From: Eledone cirrhosa
Taxonomy: Eukaryota
Reading direction: 5' to 3'
NCBI GenBank assembly: GCA_964016885.1
Contig: OZ024744.1
Coordinates: 68,076,001-68,140,000, forward strand
Length of the DNA stretch: 64,000 nucleotides
Shown piece by piece: positions 1 to 13,160 of this stretch. The translations under genes were made by a program, and so were the position numbers. The stretch's first letter is position 1, and every line of letters starts with the position of its first letter. Below the pieces are notes generated by a model. The model was given only the letters and a program-made list of their open reading frames with translations, made no database searches and was not told the origin of the DNA.

Positions 1-815
1 CACAATTATTTGCGCAAATGTATCGAACTGGCAAAGTTTGGTCCGTAAAGTAAACCCTTTGCCCATTTTCAAAATGTACCGCAAGCTGTACCGCAAGATG
101 GCGGGGTGACGTTGGTGTAGGGGTAAACCAAATAGGCGCCCAAAAGCTTTATTGCTACTGATGTACCGACCCGCCAGGTATTCTGTGACCTCGTCCCTGC
201 TATTTTCAGTTTGAAATGCGAACATTGCGGCATCAGAGCCCTTATTTACATATTTGCATATGTATTTTATCGACTTGACGGAAATGCAAAACTCAACGTT
301 GATGTGGGCGTTGAACATCTTCAAGAGAAGCGGGCAGTAAGGGACCACCCATCTATTGTCGACTTGACCTCCCCTTACTGTTGTGGTGAAGCCACCGTTC
401 TCGGGCCGTCTCCGCCTGTACAGGGGGTACCAGTCGCCAGCAGTCTGAGTTTGGTCAACAAATTTGTTTGGGTATCCCTTACTGCACGACCCCCCTCCAG
501 ACACGAGTTATGCTCATTAGGACCCGACGCACACGGACCATGTTAGCTTTGACGATGTCATGTAATTCCTGGTCAGTTGCTGGGTTAGGGATTTCAGCCG
601 AAATGAAGCTGTCTATGGCATTTGAATTGATTTTATCAGCTAACTAAATCAAAATATTAGCATGTGGCAGCCCTCGTTTTTGCCATTCGACGGTGAACAT
701 GTCACATTTTACAGGCCCAAATACCTGACTTTTTTTTTATTAAAGCCATGAGTTTAGCCAGTTTCAGTCTGAACACTCTGGCAATGAGGTCATGTCTGTT
801 CGAATAATTTTGCCC
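1..815 (-). pseudogene. Helitron Rep (HUH endonuclease) fragment with stops and frameshifts
   Basis: Manual minus-strand translation: RHDLIARVFRLKL...VEWQKRGLPHANILI*...SAEIPNP...VVPYCPLLLKMFNAHINVEFCISVKSIKYICKYVNKGSD...HFENGQRVYF. These are the HUH-region and two-tyrosine (YxxKY) motifs of Helitron Rep. Confidence 0.92.
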
Positions 816-2019
816 AGGAAAAAGTTCACGGGCTACATTCCGATTCATATGTCTATAGCATTAATCTGTTATATGAAGTGTTATTTTGCGGGTTGTTATT
901 TGCAATAAGCCGATTGAAAATGCCCCAGATAAACCGTATGCCAATACGGAACGCTCAATACGGAACGCTCCACTGCAGTGTTGTCATATAGGGAGTGAAG
1001 AGCGACAGAGAGAGTAAAGCAGTTAAATTATAGAGAGGGGGAATATACGGAACGCTCCACTTGATCATATACATTGTTTCTCTCTCTCTGCAGTGTTGTC
1101 ATATATGGAGTGAAGAGCGACAGAGAGAGTAGAGCAGTTAAACTATAAAGAGGAGGAATGATCATGATCTATTTTTGCCCTTATTGTTGATTGATTTGAA
1201 ATTTTTTTGCTTCTTGACATCTGTTGCTTTTTAATATTTGTTATTTGATGTAAAATGTAAGTACGTGTATGTAAAATGTAACGTTGAGAGAGCAGTATGT
1301 ATTTAGTGTTATCGGCTTTTTAAATTTTGATATTTGATGTATGAGTGTCGCTTAATTATCAAAGTTTTTTTCGCGTTCCCGAACGAAGAGGGGGAATGAT
1401 CTATTATAGAGAGAGGGAAGAGTTACGGAGAGAGTGAAGTTAAGTAGCCATAAGGAGGTGTGTTAAACCTCGAAGCATGAAGAGAGTAAAGCAGTTAAAT
1501 TATAGAGAGGGGGAATAATTTATTGTAGAGAGAGGGAAGAGCGACGGAGAGAGTAAAGCTATGGTTGTTGTATAAATCGATGTGTTGCTTAGGTTTCAAA
1601 GTTTGTGTCGCGTTCCTTCAAAAGAAGTTTTGTCGTTGTTCTAAACTGTAATGGTGATAGGGTAGTAGACGGAGGCAGTAACCTTTTAAAGAGAGTTGCA
1701 GAGGAGATTGAGAATGGAGTAGAGGAAAGGATGAACCTTTTAAAGAGAGTTGCAACATGTATGTAGTTTCATATATTTTTTGATGGTAGTAGTGAGAGGA
1801 ATGAAGCGTGTAAGAGAGAGGGTTACAGCATGTATTTAGTTTTATCGATTTTTTTTATAGAAGCAGGACATTTTTGGCAAAAATAATTACGTATTGACCT
1901 GACTTGGTAAATTTGGAGCACATTGGGGAAACATCATCAAAATCGGTAGAGAAATGTGGAAATGCATAAAAATCATACACACACACAGACAGACATCTAC
2001 CGTTTTATATATAGAGAGA
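1..2019 (-). mobile_element. Helitron, decayed; 5' end inside the window, continues past the left edge
   Basis: Minus strand starts A|TCTCTCTATATATAAAA...GTCTGTCTGTGTGTG...CCGATTTTGATGA at 2019, resembling Helitron 5' termini, upstream of a Rep-coding relic in the same orientation. Short internal repeats at ~945-1560. That both parts belong to one element is inferred. Confidence 0.7.
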
Positions 2020-2530
2020 TTTAAAACATATTTGTTATGTTATTCTACTGTAAATTTATTCATATGTTCTGTTTATATTTTCATTCTGAAAGAATTACAA
2101 ACGATTTGTAATGTTATTTATACAACTGTGAATAAAATATTTTCTTTTATATTTACCTTCGCTAGAACGCTGTCTTGTTGACATGTTGACAAAGTCTCCC
2201 TCTCTCTGTGTTGTCTGACAGTGCTCTCTCTCTCTCTCTTTCTTGTGTTATCCATGTTGAAAGAAATAATAATAATAATGATTTCATTTATTGGTCACAA
2301 GGGCCAACATATAGGGGACAATTCAAAAGACTGGGACAGTGGGGGTTTACATACACAATATGTAAACAATATAAATAACAATAACAAAATAACAAGAAAA
2401 ATACAAGAAAAATTCCCCAATAGGGAGGATAACCACCCAGGGTTCACTCAGGTACCCCACCAATTCTGTATGACCCAACTCTTCGAGAGCACATGGAAAG
2501 GTCACCCTTCTCCTCCTCAAATTCACTCAC

Positions 2531-5500
2531 CTACAGGCGCATGATCAGAGTAGGCCCACTCACATAGGCCATTCTCGCCACATTCACCCACCATTCAGCA
2601 AATGTACTGAGGGGAAGCACTTCTCTCTCCACCCTCACCTTCCTTTCCAAGTGAAACTTGAAAAAGTTGAAAAGTGTCTGCCTTCAGTCCTTTCAACCTG
2701 GTCCACCATACAACCTCTTTCGCTACTGCCACCAGACAGAGGAAAATTGCCTGCCCATTCTTGCCAAAAGAAGGCGGCGGGTCGATCTTCACTATGGACT
2801 CGGCCGATAGCCGGATCCATTCTACACGCGACAACAACTGTTTGACATAACTCCACAAGTCAGTAATGCACAGACACTGTGCAGAATGGTTTCGTCACTA
2901 TGCGCGCATCTCGGACAGGTCCGTCTGACAGCACGTCCGTGCCTGTAGAGTTTATTTCGAACCAGCAGTGCCCCTCGGTAGTACTGCGAAGCGAGGGATT
3001 TTTTGAAATTATCCATCGTCCCCGGCTCGAAAGTCCTCCGGAACTGACTGGTTAGTTCGACTTCATCAACGCCCAGAGCCTCTCCGACTGCGTCGTCGCA
3101 CTTGCCCACCACTAATCCTCTATAGAACTCGAGAGTGGAAGTTCCACTGACCGCATTGCCGGCCTGGTAGAGGGCAGTGGGTGCCTAGCAACATTCCAGA
3201 TGCCAGTCATGCAGTTTCGGTCTCTTCTTCAACCAGGACTGCAGCTCAGTCAAAGAAACGAGCTGCAGAAAGACCTGTCTGACAAACGACGACCACACCT
3301 GTTCACCGTTTAAGCAGAATATCTGGAGATGCCGCAGTCTCAGCGCATGTCTGCGCATCATTAGCCACGGCATGCCCAGCCCCCCACGTAGAGGGTGCTG
3401 GCAGCAGATGGACCACCCTACCAACGGAACATGTCCCCTCTCCTCCACAACAATTTGAAGAGGAACCGTTTCAAGTTGGCAAGGCGCGAACGGGGGCAAG
3501 GGACGATGGTCAGGCGGTAGTAGATTACGGATACGATGTACGCTTTTGCCACCTCCGCCCGACCTTTCCATAAATAGCTTCCTCGCAGCCCATTTCTGGG
3601 TGAGAGTGGCTATCCTGCCCGTCACCTCGTCCCAATTATTATCCACCTGGAGGTCTGGCCTGAACCAAACCCGGAGCAACTTTACTTGTCCGTCCAGCGT
3701 CCAATGACTTGCCTCTCCAGGTGCCGAGTTGCAAGACCACCAACTTTTCCGGTTAAGTTTTGCTCCCGTCAACCTTTCATATTCCTCCAATAAGTTGCCG
3801 ACCACCTCGATTTCCGAGGTGTCCGACACCATTACGGTGATGTCGTCCGTATAAGCCCACACGGCCTTTCTGTGTCCCGGTTTGAGCGGGATGCTCTGCA
3901 AAAGCTCTAGCTTTTGCAGTAAAGGCTCGAGAGTCAATACGTACAGAAGGGAGGAGAGAGGGTACCCTTGATGGACTGATCGGGAGATCTGAAATGGTTC
4001 TGAGAGGTGGCCATTAACTTTGACCACTGAGCAGATGCCGCTATGCATTGCAGCGATCCAGCTTCTGAAAACGGGGCCGAAGCCAGCTGCCTTGAGGACA
4101 GCCTCCAGGTACCAATGGTCGACCCTATCGAATGCTTTCGATTGTTCTAAATTGACCAGTGCCCCTCCGAAGTCAGGTTTACACCCTACCCTCTCTATGA
4201 TGTACCGCATGAGGTGGAGGTTGTCGTGTATGGACCTGGTTGGGATTGCGCAAGTTTGTGGCTCCCCAACCAAATCCTCGATGACAAGTGCCAACATCTT
4301 CACTAACACCTTGGCCAAAATCTTAAACTCTGTGTTGAACAGAGTTATGGGCCTGAAATTGTCTAATGTGTTCCTCTTGTTCTCATCTTTCCTTATCAGC
4401 GTCACTACGCCCCGGCTCACAGAACTGGGAATACTCGCATTCTGCTGCCAGTTGCAGTAGAGCGCTTCGAGGAGATCGGAGAACAAGTCTGGCATATTTA
4501 CGTAAAACTCGTAGGACAGAGCATCCAAACCAGGTGACTTGCGCCTCATGCAGCCGACAAGGGCATCCTGAATCTCGGATGAAGTAATCGGCATTTGCAG
4601 CGCTCAGCATAGGCCATCGAGAGTTTCGGCACGCCATTGAGATAGGGACTGAAGTCCGCCACCTTCTCTGACCCGCCACATCCCCAAAACAACCGAGTAA
4701 AATGTTGGCGAAAGGCCTCACACATTCGCTTGGAATCACTCAGCCGGTGTCCGTCTCGGTCCATCAAAGACCGAATTATGGTTTTATTACCACATTGCGC
4801 CTCCGCCACGCGGGCCCATCAAACAACTTTGGTTCCCTCGTTTCTCAGGGCATGCGCCTTAGCTCTGACAATGCAACCTTGGTGTTTCGCATTGAAGAAA
4901 TGGTCTAATGCCATTCTCGCCGCTAGCACGTCAGTTGCAATGCCACTACAAACAGCCTCGTCTAACTTATCTACCAGCTCCCCCTCCTTTCTAGTTTTCT
5001 CTAAACCCTATCGACATTACTCTAATCTCTGTTGAGAGCTCCCCCACCATCTTTTGTTGACGACTCCCCCTGTCACCTAAATTGTTGACCCGGTCCTTGT
5101 AAGCCTTACGTGCCGGAAACGACATGTTCAGCTTCCAGTAACCAGGTTCTAAACTACGCGTCTTATCTAAGTCGACCATACAGATCACAAACTTGTGATC
5201 TGAATAGGTGACTGTTTTAAACCGTGGACAGCTTACACTATTACTGTCTATTTTCCTAATGAATATCCTGTCTATATACGATCTAGATGACCCTATGCGG
5301 TTGGTCCAGGTCCACATTGGTGCATTAGGGAAATCTAGTCGGTACCTGTCAGACAGTTGGAACTGGCTGATCAAGTACTTGAGGTTTTTGCACCCCACCC
5401 CCACTCCCCGCTCCTATTGGATTCTCCCACACAGTCCCAACGTGCATCTAAGATACCGTTCCAGTCCCCCGCTAACAGTAAAGGGCAAGACGTACCCAGG

Positions 5501-5857
5501 TGTCTAAAGAAGTCCGGCCGTCCTGCCCCAGACGGCCACCAGTTTAAAGGCACCACCTTCGCTATTGTTCACGTCCAGGGCCACCAACTTACCATCCCGG
5601 AAGAGCGACTTTACCTCAAGATCCAGGCCTTTCCTAAACAGCACTTCCACCCCACCTCCCATTCCCGGCCAACTAATAGATGCAAAGATCTGATAGTCGT
5701 CGAAAATGGGAGCTAGTGCGCGCGTGTCGGAAATCCTGGTCTCGCTGACGGCAATTACATCCATTTCTAGAGACCTAAGGTCGTTGAGCAGGTGACCCTG
5801 CTTCCAGGACGATCCCAGGCCTCGAACATTTAAACTTCCTACTCTTAATACGGTCAT
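2531..5857 (-). pseudogene. Tx1 ORF2 (APE endonuclease, reverse transcriptase, CCHC finger), frameshifted
   Basis: ORF pieces MTVLRVGSLNVRG, GDWN, SYIDRIF, YSDH, KSPGLD, FRPITL, EQSKAFDRV, QGYPLS, YTDD, CPRC..ETILH. Confidence 0.92.
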
Positions 5858-5890
5858 GTTGGCAGGCTAAAAGAGAGAGGAAAGGTTTAC

Positions 5891-7826
5891 TTACCTTCCG
5901 GGCTCTTGTGAAGGTCGGGTGGTTCGACCTCTATAGTTGGTGGGGTTTCTTTTGGGAACCCCTTTAAAAGTCTTGAAGTCGGTTTTACGTTCGGAGTTCC
6001 CACGTCCCGAGGAAAGCTGTCTCATATCTCTTTGTATAAATTTGAGCGACATTTGCACCAGAAACAAATCTTCCGGCACGCAATATGTGCTCGATTTTAA
6101 AATTTCCCCCTCTTTTTGTATTTCTTTACTTCGTGCTACAAGGGCCATCGATTCCTTGTTGGCCCGCCTGACAAGCACGAAGTTTTGTATGTTTTGTTGG
6201 TGTGATTTTATTTGTTTGCATGACTATGGTGGTGATGGTTTTGGTGGTGTTGTTTCGGGTGTGTCTGTGTTTGTTGTGAGTGCGATATCTGTGGTTTCAG
6301 ATGTTTGCGTGTGCATTTCTTCTTGCGTCTGTTTAGGTTGTTTGTGTTTGGGGGATTCTGGTGATGGTGGTGTTGAAGTTGGTGTTGTTGGGGGTATGTT
6401 TGCGTGGGTGGTGTCTGAATTTTTTTATTGTGGGTGTTTTTCTGCTTTGTTGAGTTTTTTTTCTTTTTGTGTTTCCTTTTTTGTATTTTTGGCGATTTTG
6501 GTTTTCCCTCATCTTCACAACTGGTAGATGAGGGGTCTGTGTCTGTGTGTTTATGTTTTTATTGTTGTGTGTATTTGTGGGGGAAGGGAAATTTGACAAC
6601 TTTCCTCGTTTCTCCCCTGGGTAGTCAATGTTGGTGGTGGTGTTTCTATTGGTGTTGTTGCTGGTAGTTTTGCCAGTGCTGGTGTTGGTTGTGGTCCTCG
6701 CCCCGGCATTAGCAGCAGTGGAGCCCTTCGACCCCTTGCATCTTTCAGCAGTTGAGGGTAGAATGGTTTTTTTCCCCAGAAACTAAACAATGCGGCCTTC
6801 CGCCCTCAGTCATAATGTGAATTACCGTCCTGTTCTGAAGACAGATGTGGTCCAGAATTGTCTTCACATTCTCGGGCCTGATCTGGAGAAGGATATCCAG
6901 GTCAACCCCGGACCAGTCCTCTCTGGCCATTCTTGTCACTTCTATCGGGACGGTATCCGTCCCCTCCACAATCACACATCACAGAAGCCACCACATGTCA
7001 AGTCCTGGTGGGATACTGGGAATGCGGAGACGAGCTGTTCTATTTCCCATGTGGGAGGGGTACATTATGACCTTGCTGGTTTTGCAAGGGGTCATAGCAT
7101 GTTTCATAATGAGGGCTTCTGACTTAAACAGCACCGAAATGGTGCCATATTGTCTGCCCCTCGCTATGTATTTGGTGTCATCCCTGGTACACCTCAGCGT
7201 GACTTCAACATCTGCTTGTGTAATTAAAGCTGCCCTCTTGGTTTCTGCTGAGATGTATCTGCAATGCACCCTTCCGCGCTCCACTGCTTCAATAGCTTCT
7301 ACCGAGACAGTTAAGTTGGCCCAGGTTTGCTCTTGCTTGATGAGCTTCCAGGCCTGGGCCAACTTTTCATCTTTGTTCAAGAGGTCCATGCTGAAGCATG
7401 GCCTCTTTTTGGCTGTTTCCGCAGCGAAAGTATTTTTGTTGTTTTCGTTGGTGGTGTTGTTGTCGTTGTTCTTGTTGGTGTTGTTGCTGTTATCCCTGTT
7501 GCAGTTGGTTGTGTCTTTGGTGCCGCCGTTGTTGTTCTCGATGCAATTTGTATGTTGCTGTTGTCGCTATTTGTTTTCATATTATTCGAGTTAATATTGT
7601 TGTTGCATCTGTTGTCCTTTTTTCTGATGTCTGTATTTTGGTTGTGATTGGTGTGATCATTTTTTTCAAAATTAGAGTTCTGTGTTGTTGTCATTGCTAT
7701 CTTTGTTCGCGTTGTTTGTGGTGGTGTTTGTTGTATTAATTTCTGTGTTCGCTGTAACTCTCCTCTCAACTTTTACATAACAGCAGACATATTGCTGGGG
7801 GGGGGGGGGGGGGGGGGGCTAGCCAT
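5891..7826 (-). pseudogene. Tx1 ORF1 (gag-like RNA-binding protein), frameshifted
   Basis: AAAAACATGGCT start as in copies B/C, T/N-rich N-terminus, RGRQYGTISVLF matching B's RGKKYATVDVLF, and EGGRPHC knuckle remnant. Stop at 5891. Confidence 0.8.
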
Positions 7827-8003
7827 GTTTTTTTTGTTTTTCGATAATTTTTAAATGTAAATAGTTCAAATATTATACTTGCCCCTTCACAGGGCAAATC
7901 CAAAGGCTTATATCCCTTACACAACAAAAATTTAACAATAAATAATTATGACAGGTAAATAAAGAAACTTACGAGAGCGAGCAAAAAGACATTCGATCAG
8001 ACG

Positions 8004-8240
8004 AATAATAATAATAATAATAATGTTTTCTTTTCTACTATAGGCACAAGGCCAGCAATTTGGGTGGAGAGGAAAGTCAATTAAATTGACCCCAGTGCAT
8101 TACTGGTACTTTATTTTATCGACCTCATAAGGATGAAAGGCAAAGCTAACCTCAGCGGGATTTGAACTCAGAACGTAACGGGCTATAACTCTATACTGTA
8201 AAGCAGGGTGTCATGCTCTACTGATGCTGCCAATCCAGTG
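8004..8240 (-). mobile_element. tRNA-derived SINE with (ATT)n tail
   Basis: Minus strand shows a tRNA-like head with B box GAGTTCAAATCCC, a central GCCTTTCATCCTT..GGTCGATAAAATAAAGTACCAG block (Meta-SINE-like, from memory) and a GGCCTTGTGCC tail. Many copies occur in the window. Confidence 0.8.
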
Positions 8241-8244
8241 AAAT

Positions 8245-9617
8245 GATTAGTGAAATGGAAGGAATTGTATTATCAGATGGACAAGTTATGAGGGAAATTG
8301 ATAACAATGGGTATAAACCAAATAAAAGAGAAGGAAATGCAAGAGCTGTTATCAAAAGAATGTAGGCGGTCACTGTATTTGGTGTTAAAAACAAAGTTAT
8401 GTGGTAGGAATAAGATACTGGCTATGAACATATAGACTCTTGCAGCTCTAAGGTATAGTGCTGGTGTGATGGAGTGGAGATGTGATGAACTTAAGGAAAT
8501 TGATAGAAAGACCAGGAAAATTAATACACTACATGGAGCTCTACACCCTAAATGTGACGTGGACAGGTTGTATCTATCACAACAGAGAGGAAGAAGAGGT
8601 CTCATTAGCTGTGAAATGTGTGTGAAATCAGAGAAAAATAATCTGGCATGGTCTGTAGAGAATTCAAAGAAGAGATTGATGGCAGGAGCAAAAAAAATAA
8701 AGGTCCTTAACAGTGATGAAGCAAAGGAAAAGGGAGAATTTAAGCAAGACAGACAGAATGATACCTTGAATAGATGGAAAGAGAACAAAATGTATGGTTA
8801 ATTCTTGTGTAAAATGCTTGAGACAGTTGACAAAGATAAGAACTGACAATGGACTGGGAAAAGTTACTTAAAAGTTGAAACTGAAGCCCTTATTTTCGCA
8901 GCCCAGGAACAGGCACTGAGAATGAATTATATCAAGTTCGAAATTGACAAATTAGTGAATTCCCCACTTGGTAGGTTGTGTGGTGAGAAAGGTGAAACAA
9001 TAAACCACATTATCAGTGAATGTAAGATGCTTGCTTAGAAAGAGTACGAGAGAAGGCACAACAACATTGTCAGATTGGTTCATTGGAAGCTCTGTCATAA
9101 GTGTGACATGAGCAAAATTGAGAAATAGTATGAACACCAACAGGAAAGGGTGGCTGAAAATGAACAATATAAGATCTTGTGGGACATGACTATCCAGCGT
9201 GACCATTTGTAACATTGTTGTAGTAGAAAAGAAGAATAACAACGCATGTATTATGGATATTGCTTCACCATGGGACCAGATTGTGAATGAGAAGGAAAGT
9301 GAGAAAGTTGAAAAATACCAGGAGCTGAAGAGAAAAATCAGGAAACTATGGAGAATCAGTGGTACAGATTGTGGTTGGAGCACTGGGAATAGTTAGTAAA
9401 AGGTTAGATGCATGGCTTGAGAAGCTAGAATAGGATTGTTGCAGAAAACAGCCTTGCTAGGAACAGCAAGGATCCTAAGGTGGGTGTTGGAAAGTTGACG
9501 GAGAAGGAATGACCCAAAAGACTTTTAGCCATTGGCTATAGTTAGTTATTTTAGTATATCGTTGGTATAACATCTACCAGAGCAAAAGCATTATGAATGA
9601 CAATAATAATAATAATG
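8245..9617 (+). mobile_element. R4/Dong-like RLE non-LTR retrotransposon, 3' fragment, decayed
   Basis: LHPKCDVDRLYL..GRRGL, AAQEQAL, CRLCGEKGETINHIISEC, RRHNNIV, KILWD, MDIASP..EKVEKYQEL, LLGTARILR. This is the RT C-terminus, CCHC and restriction-like endonuclease. Ends in (AAT)n. Confidence 0.88.
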
Positions 9618-9690
9618 AATTCTTTATTAACCACAAAGTGTTTACATCAAGAAAAACATTATGATGACACAGGACAAAAACATATAGTGT
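9602..9690 (-). mobile_element. Tx1-like 3' end stub
   Basis: Reverse complement reads TGATGTAAACACTTTGTGGTTAATAAAGAATTCATTATT, similar to the 3' end of copies B/C. Confidence 0.6.
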
Positions 9691-10129
9691 GTGAATGGTT
9701 AACATAGGTAAAAGACCAGCAATTTTGAGGGAAGTGGAAAATTGATTAAATATATCTCAGTACTTGACTGGTACTTTATATTTAAATCATGCAAGGGTAT
9801 AAGTTGAAGCTAGTTGACCATGAGAGAATTTAAACATAGAATCCAAAGAGTTTAAATAAATACCTCAAGGCTTTTTATTTTCCTGTTTTCATGGCCCTGC
9901 TAACAAATACTAATAAGAATGAGAATGAGAACAAGTTTTGGATAATTGAAGTGGAAGTAGAAGGGGCTCCTTTTATCAGAGGGAAGGAAAACCAAAATTC
10001 TGAGTTGAGGATTGAAATATACAGAATAAATAATTTATTAATAATAAAAATAATAAAAATCATAAACAAATCTATTTCAGATAACAACACTACAGATATT
10101 TAAAAACTGAAAATGAAGGGAAGGGCAAG

Positions 10130-10340
10130 GGCTCTCAAGTTACATAAGAATGGGAGGGGAAGTTGAATTTGAGAAGCACAAAAATGATACCAATAAGGAT
10201 AAGAACATTAGGATTGGTCATCAAACACTTAGGAGTGTTATTTGAAGGGAATTTGCATTTCACCAAAAAAACTGTTTTGTTAGGAACTGCAAGAATTCAG
10301 CACAAAATGGCTTCAATCTGAGGTCATATGACTTTGGGAG
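10130..10340 (+). mobile_element. R4/Dong-like 3' stub
   Basis: QKTVLLGTARI-like terminal coding motif, as at ~9440-9490. Confidence 0.45.
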
Positions 10341-10342
10341 AT

Positions 10343-10569
10343 TTAATCCTTTAATGTTCAAACCACCAAAACCGGCCAGAATTCTCTACCTCTTTCTGTT
10401 GAAACTGGCTGTAACTGGTCGCTCAAACTGATGTTAAGGTATTGTTCTCAAAATAAATACTTTCAAAATCTCATAGATTCGATATTATGTGAGATAATTA
10501 TGTGAGGTAAAGCCTTTGCATTGAAAATATAATAGTTTATATAGAGTAATGTGAATACTAAAGAGTTAA
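10343..10569. mobile_element. piggyBac-type MITE, diverged copy
   Basis: TTAA-flanked with degenerate CCTTTA/TAAAG ends. Alignable along its length to 39361-39577. Confidence 0.7.
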
Positions 10570-10854
10570 AATCATCACCAGTCTAAGAACTGAGCAAAAT
10601 TGGAATAAAAATATAAAATAACAAGATGAAGGATGGTCAAGCACAGAAAATGACTGCAATTACAGTGAGTTGCTATGAAATCATCAGCATTTAACGTCCA
10701 TTTTTCCATACTTGCATGGGTCAGACAGGCCATCCACGCTGAGAGTCAAGTCTGGCCAGGATTGGTTATACTCTACCTTGCTTTGACAGGACAGTAAATT
10801 TGGCCAGGGTTTTTACAGCTGGATGCTCTTCCTAACACCAACCATATTTACAGT

Positions 10855-11172
10855 GTGGGACTGGATGGTCCTGTTATGAGGAGTGACAGGCGAGTTGGCC
10901 ACGCTGAACCCTTTACACAGGGGAACCACAGTTTGGTAGCCTGGAACTGGATGGCACCACTATGAGGGGGGACAGGCCAGTTGGCTGAATGAATCCGTTC
11001 ATCACAGAGGGACTACAGTTTAGTATAGCAACCACATATGCAGAGTGGAACTGGATGGCACCACTATGAGGAGAGACAGGCCAGTTGACTGCACCAGACC
11101 CTTCTCACAGCTGGACCACAGTTTGGGAGCCTGGAACTAGATGGCACAACTATGAGAATAGACAGGTCAGTT
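10855..11172. repeat. About 4 diverged tandem units of ~87 bp
   Basis: CTGGATGG..ACTATGAG..GACAGG..AGTTG recurs at ~10861, 10948, 11051 and 11137, next to a SINE-like tail fragment at 10680-10860. Confidence 0.7.
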
Positions 11173-11173
11173 G

Positions 11174-11317
11174 ATAGCTTATAAAAATCGGGTAAATAAC
11201 CTCAGAGACGGAAAAATGTTGACAGCAGCTGCCACAAAGAACTCTCTATCTCTTTGAAGCAGCCACTGGCAGGAATTTTACACCATTAAGAGTCTCTACC
11301 CGATTTTTATAAGCTAT
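11174..11317. mobile_element. Fold-back MITE with perfect 21-bp terminal inverted repeat
   Basis: ATAGCTTATAAAAATCGGGTA ... TACCCGATTTTTATAAGCTAT. The interior is also imperfectly palindromic. Possible TA target-site duplication. Confidence 0.7.
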
Positions 11318-11557
11318 TATTATAAAAACTGACTTTTCTGTGCTTGAGCATCCTACATCTTATAAATTTATTTCCTAGGCACTTCATAAGTTTGAAAATT
11401 CAAGCCTCACACATGATGTTTGTGTAATAATAATAATAATAATTTCATTCAACCACACTGGTGCATAACTTTGAGGGAAGGTTTTTTTTTTATTGAATTG
11501 ATCCTCTTTATTTTGTTTTTACATAAGAAATCAGAGGTGTCAATGTACACTCTCACA

Positions 11558-11850
11558 GGCATGGCCAGGTGGCAAGGGAGTTGAACTTACGATCATAATG
11601 TTGTGGGCTCAATTCCTGGACCGGGTTGTGTCTTGTTTTCTTGAGCAAAACACTTCATTTTACATTGTTCCAGTATAATCAGGTGAAAATGAGTACCAGC
11701 AATAGCTGGGGGCTTAACTCTATAATTGACTGGCATCCTATCCAGGCAGTGGGTGGGGGTGGGGGGTCTTGTATTCTCAGTTGTTTAATGCCACGAAAAC
11801 CAGGATAAGCACTGGCCCAATGAGCCTCCAGGCTTGAGACAAACTTTAGA
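11558..11850 (+). mobile_element. tRNA-derived SINE of a second family
   Basis: A-box-like TGGCCAGGTGG, B-box-like GGCTCAATTCC, CTTGAGCAAAACACTT core, GACTGGCATCCTATCCAGG tail. Confidence 0.7.
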
Positions 11851-12277
11851 CTTTTTTTTTTAGACACACAATGATATAGTTGATACAGTTAATAATCAGC
11901 AGAGGAAATATGAACAAGAAGGGTGATCCATAGATTTATCATTCTGGGAAGAATTGACTGAGAAATGTATTTTTGTGTGGATTTAAATATGGTAACATTG
12001 ATGAGCAGAGGGAGAGATATTAAGTGACTGGGAGAGGATGAGCTTAGATGGAGTGATGGAGTCCTGCTTTATAGAACTGGTTCAAGAGACAGAGGAGAGA
12101 AGAAGCAGTACTTCTGTATTGTGTCAGTGAATGAGGTTTCAGTTATGTATTCTAGATATGTATATGTGTATATGTATGTAGAGGTGTGTGTGTGTAGGAT
12201 CCAAAGCTCTGCCTCAGATATATATATATATATGAACACTATTTCAGAGTAGACGATAGATGCAGTATTTTGTTATA

Positions 12278-13160
12278 GGTTATGACAAAAAGCACCCAGT
12301 CCACACTGTAAAGTGGTCATGCAGGTGTTATGACAAAAAGCACCCTGCCCACTCTGTACATTGGTCATGTAGGTGTCACGACAAAAAGCACCCAGCCCAC
12401 ACTGTAAAGTGGTCATGTAGGTGTCACGATAAAAAGCACCCAGTCCACACTGTAAAGTGGTCATGCAGGTGTTATGACAAAAAGCACCCTGCCCACTCTG
12501 TACATTGGTCATGTAGGTGTCACGACAAAAAGCACCCAGCCCACACTGTAAAGTGGTCATGTAGGTGTTACGACAAAAAGCACCCAGTCCACACTGTAAA
12601 GTGGTCATGCAGGTGTTATGACAAAAAGCACCTTGCCCACTCTGTACATTGGTCATGTAGGTGTCACGACAAAAAGCACCCAGCCCACACTGTAAAGTGG
12701 TCATGTAGGTGTCACGACAAAAATCACCCAGTCCACACTGTAAAGTGGTCATGTAGGTGTCATGGCAAAAAGCACCCAGCCCACACTGTAAAGTGGTCAT
12801 GCAGGTGTTATGACAAAAAGCACCTAGTCCACACTGTAAAGTGGTCATGTAGGTGTCATGACAAAAAGCACCCAGTCCACACTGTAAAGTGGTCATGTAG
12901 GTATCACGACAAAAAGCACCTAGCCCACACTGTAAAGTGGTCATGTAGGTGTCACGACAAAAAGCACCCAGTCCACACTGTAAAGTGGTCATGTAGGTGT
13001 CATGACAAAAAACACCCAGCCCACACTGTAAAGTGGTCATGTAGGTGTCATGGCAAAAAGCACCCAGCCCACACTGTAAAGTGGTCATGTAGGTGTTATG
13101 ACAAAAAGCACCCAGCCCACACTGTAAAGTGGTCGTGTAGGTGTCATGACAAAAAGCACC
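12278..13160. repeat. 48-bp minisatellite, ~18 copies, inside a SINE-like element (tail 13161-13337 ending in (GAT)n)
   Basis: Unit GTGTCATGACAAAAAGCACCCAGTCCACACTGTAAAGTGGTCATGTAG. About three diverged units occur with the same tail on the - strand at 28415-28600. Confidence 0.95.

Larger units (their letters stand above)
2265..8003 (-). mobile_element. Tx1/L1-clade non-LTR retrotransposon, full length, decayed (copy A)
   Basis: ORF1 relic, then APE-RT-CCHC ORF2, then a 3' UTR with AATAAA and an (ATT)n tail. (AAT)n on both flanks. Homologous to, but clearly diverged from, copies B and C. Confidence 0.92.

Noticed and set aside
211-546. 111-aa + strand ORF
   Set aside because: It is the antisense shadow of the Helitron Rep relic.
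8004-8240. Functional tRNA genes at SINE heads
   Set aside because: A/B boxes are present but no complete cloverleaf is seen, and they are attached to SINE bodies and tails.
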